Of a stretch of 64,000 nt of DNA, positions 62,547 to 64,000 are shown one piece after another. Source of the DNA: Mesotaenium endlicherianum (Eukaryota); contig WELA01003597.1 of the NCBI GenBank assembly GCA_009602735.1, forward strand, positions 1-64,000, given 5' to 3'. The position numbers and the translations under genes were made by a program. Position 1 is the first letter of the stretch; each line of letters starts with the position of its first letter. The notes beneath the pieces were generated by a model that was not told the DNA's origin, ran no database searches, and worked only from the letters and a program-made list of their open reading frames with translations.

Positions 62547-64000
62547 GTCTGTTGGTCTCTGTGTGACACTTGTCAGAATGTGTGTGTTTGTGTCGTATGT
62601 GCGCAAACACTTTTGTATGGACACGTGTACTGGTAACTTACTACTCCGACACCCACCACCTCGAGAAGTTAAAAAACAAGCAATACACTTCCGTACAGCT
62701 TAATCATTTGCTTAGTATTGACAACTTGTGCAGCATGAGCTAGAAAGACGAAGCCTTGCTGTTTTCCGCAGGTCCAGCAGGATAATTATAGTAGCAAACT
62801 GCGTGGGATGTACAAAGATACATGCAGCATATCCTGATTGCTTGTATGTAAGTATTAGCACATCAATTTTTCAATTTCGTCTGCACACCTTGAGAAGTTA
62901 TAGTAGAGCATTCATCACCTATAAAGTGGGGCATATTAGTGGCCAAAACTTCAGGAACAACAGGGCACTTCATTTGATGAACAAGGGAGAGCAACCTCGG
63001 GACTGGGTGTTGCGCCTCATGCCCGCCATCCAATGACTATGCGCAGGGCCCTCCAGGCAGTGGTGCAGCATGGACTATCCGTAGCTTTGAAGCTGAGTTT
63101 GTTTCGGCCATAGATCCATATCCTCATTACATATATATGTATATGTATATATGTATATATCATGACAGAGAGAGGACCTGGAAGTGAGAGCTTTCCAGAA
63201 GGCATTGCCAAGCCCTAGGTTGCGTTGATAATTTGGTCAGATTTTTACACCCAGAAACTTGAACAGAACCCTAGGCTTGAAGCCTTCATGAAGTGGCACG
63301 CTGGCACCCCCAAACTCTAGGAAGCGTTGGAGCTAGTGAGGGGGGGCCCTCATTCAACACTCTTGTGGTCGTGTAGTGCCTATACTTAAGACCCTGATTA
63401 CCTTACACTGGGGCTTCCCTCACTCCTTTGAAGATCCTGGGGAGGATTTATGCAGCTGACGCACACAAACACACACTTACACTCACTTTTGGGGGTGGAA
63501 GTGTGGCAAAGACAGGTCTGTGCTCTGCTTAGAGTGTACGCACTGACGACTTCATATATATGCGTGACCTATATATAAAGCACAACTGTAGTTAAGGCCA
63601 CGAGTGGGACTTGGGGCATAAGTACATTTTCTTCTATTCCAGTGGTTTTGCTTAAATGTTACCTTCGAGATACAATGGTCATTCTCAAGCAGTATCTCTC
63701 TGAGCATTAACTGCTGGAGTTGCCTTGACAAAGTGTGGCATGTAATCAATCAATACACTACCGGAGGGCGTGGTAGCCTTCAAGAGCATCACTGCGTACA
63801 GGTGTGGCCTTGACGTTGATCCACTAGTCAGCCTGCAGGAGGCTGAGGAGGGGCTTGCAGCCACATTGTGTGAGTTGCCACCCTATCTCTTCGCCATCTT
63901 CTCTGAACCACTCATCCCAATCTCGTTTGCACCCTGACCAATTTCTTCTGGCAATGCTTGACCTTTCCTCCTCCCTCTTGCTGTTTTGATGCTCGTTGCC

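Noticed and set aside
63120..64000. Possible repeat or TE fragment between TA-rich tracts in the presumed NodGS intron
   Set aside because: No second copy, termini or coding motif could be supported within the window.

Overview
Eukaryotic, intron-containing green-plant DNA, most likely a streptophyte alga or early-diverging land plant (inferred from gene content). Positions 1-50.3 kb are a nest of decayed transposons: three Ty3/Gypsy families (called W, X and Z here; W and X carry chromodomains), two solo LTRs with 5-bp TSDs, a piggyBac-like insert at TTAA, and a 378-bp tandem array derived from an LTR. The most notable features are two related but divergent Gypsy-like retroelements (8524-20490 and 22301-34661, both minus strand). 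Each encodes gag-protease-C5 DNA cytosine methyltransferase-RT-RNase H-DDE integrase-PHD finger, and neither has normal LTRs. One has a split, circularly permuted repeat layout (A-internal-PPT-B-A-B). The other is A-internal-PPT-B with no long direct repeat and a 4-bp TSD. A solo A+B unit with a 4-bp TSD lies at 48760-50335. Together these suggest integration from a circular cDNA through an att site inside the LTR. Positions 51-64 kb hold three host genes: phospholipase D alpha-type (+), an OSCA/ERD4 channel (-) and the 5' part of a NodGS/FluG-like gene (+). All calls were made by eye, with no database searches.
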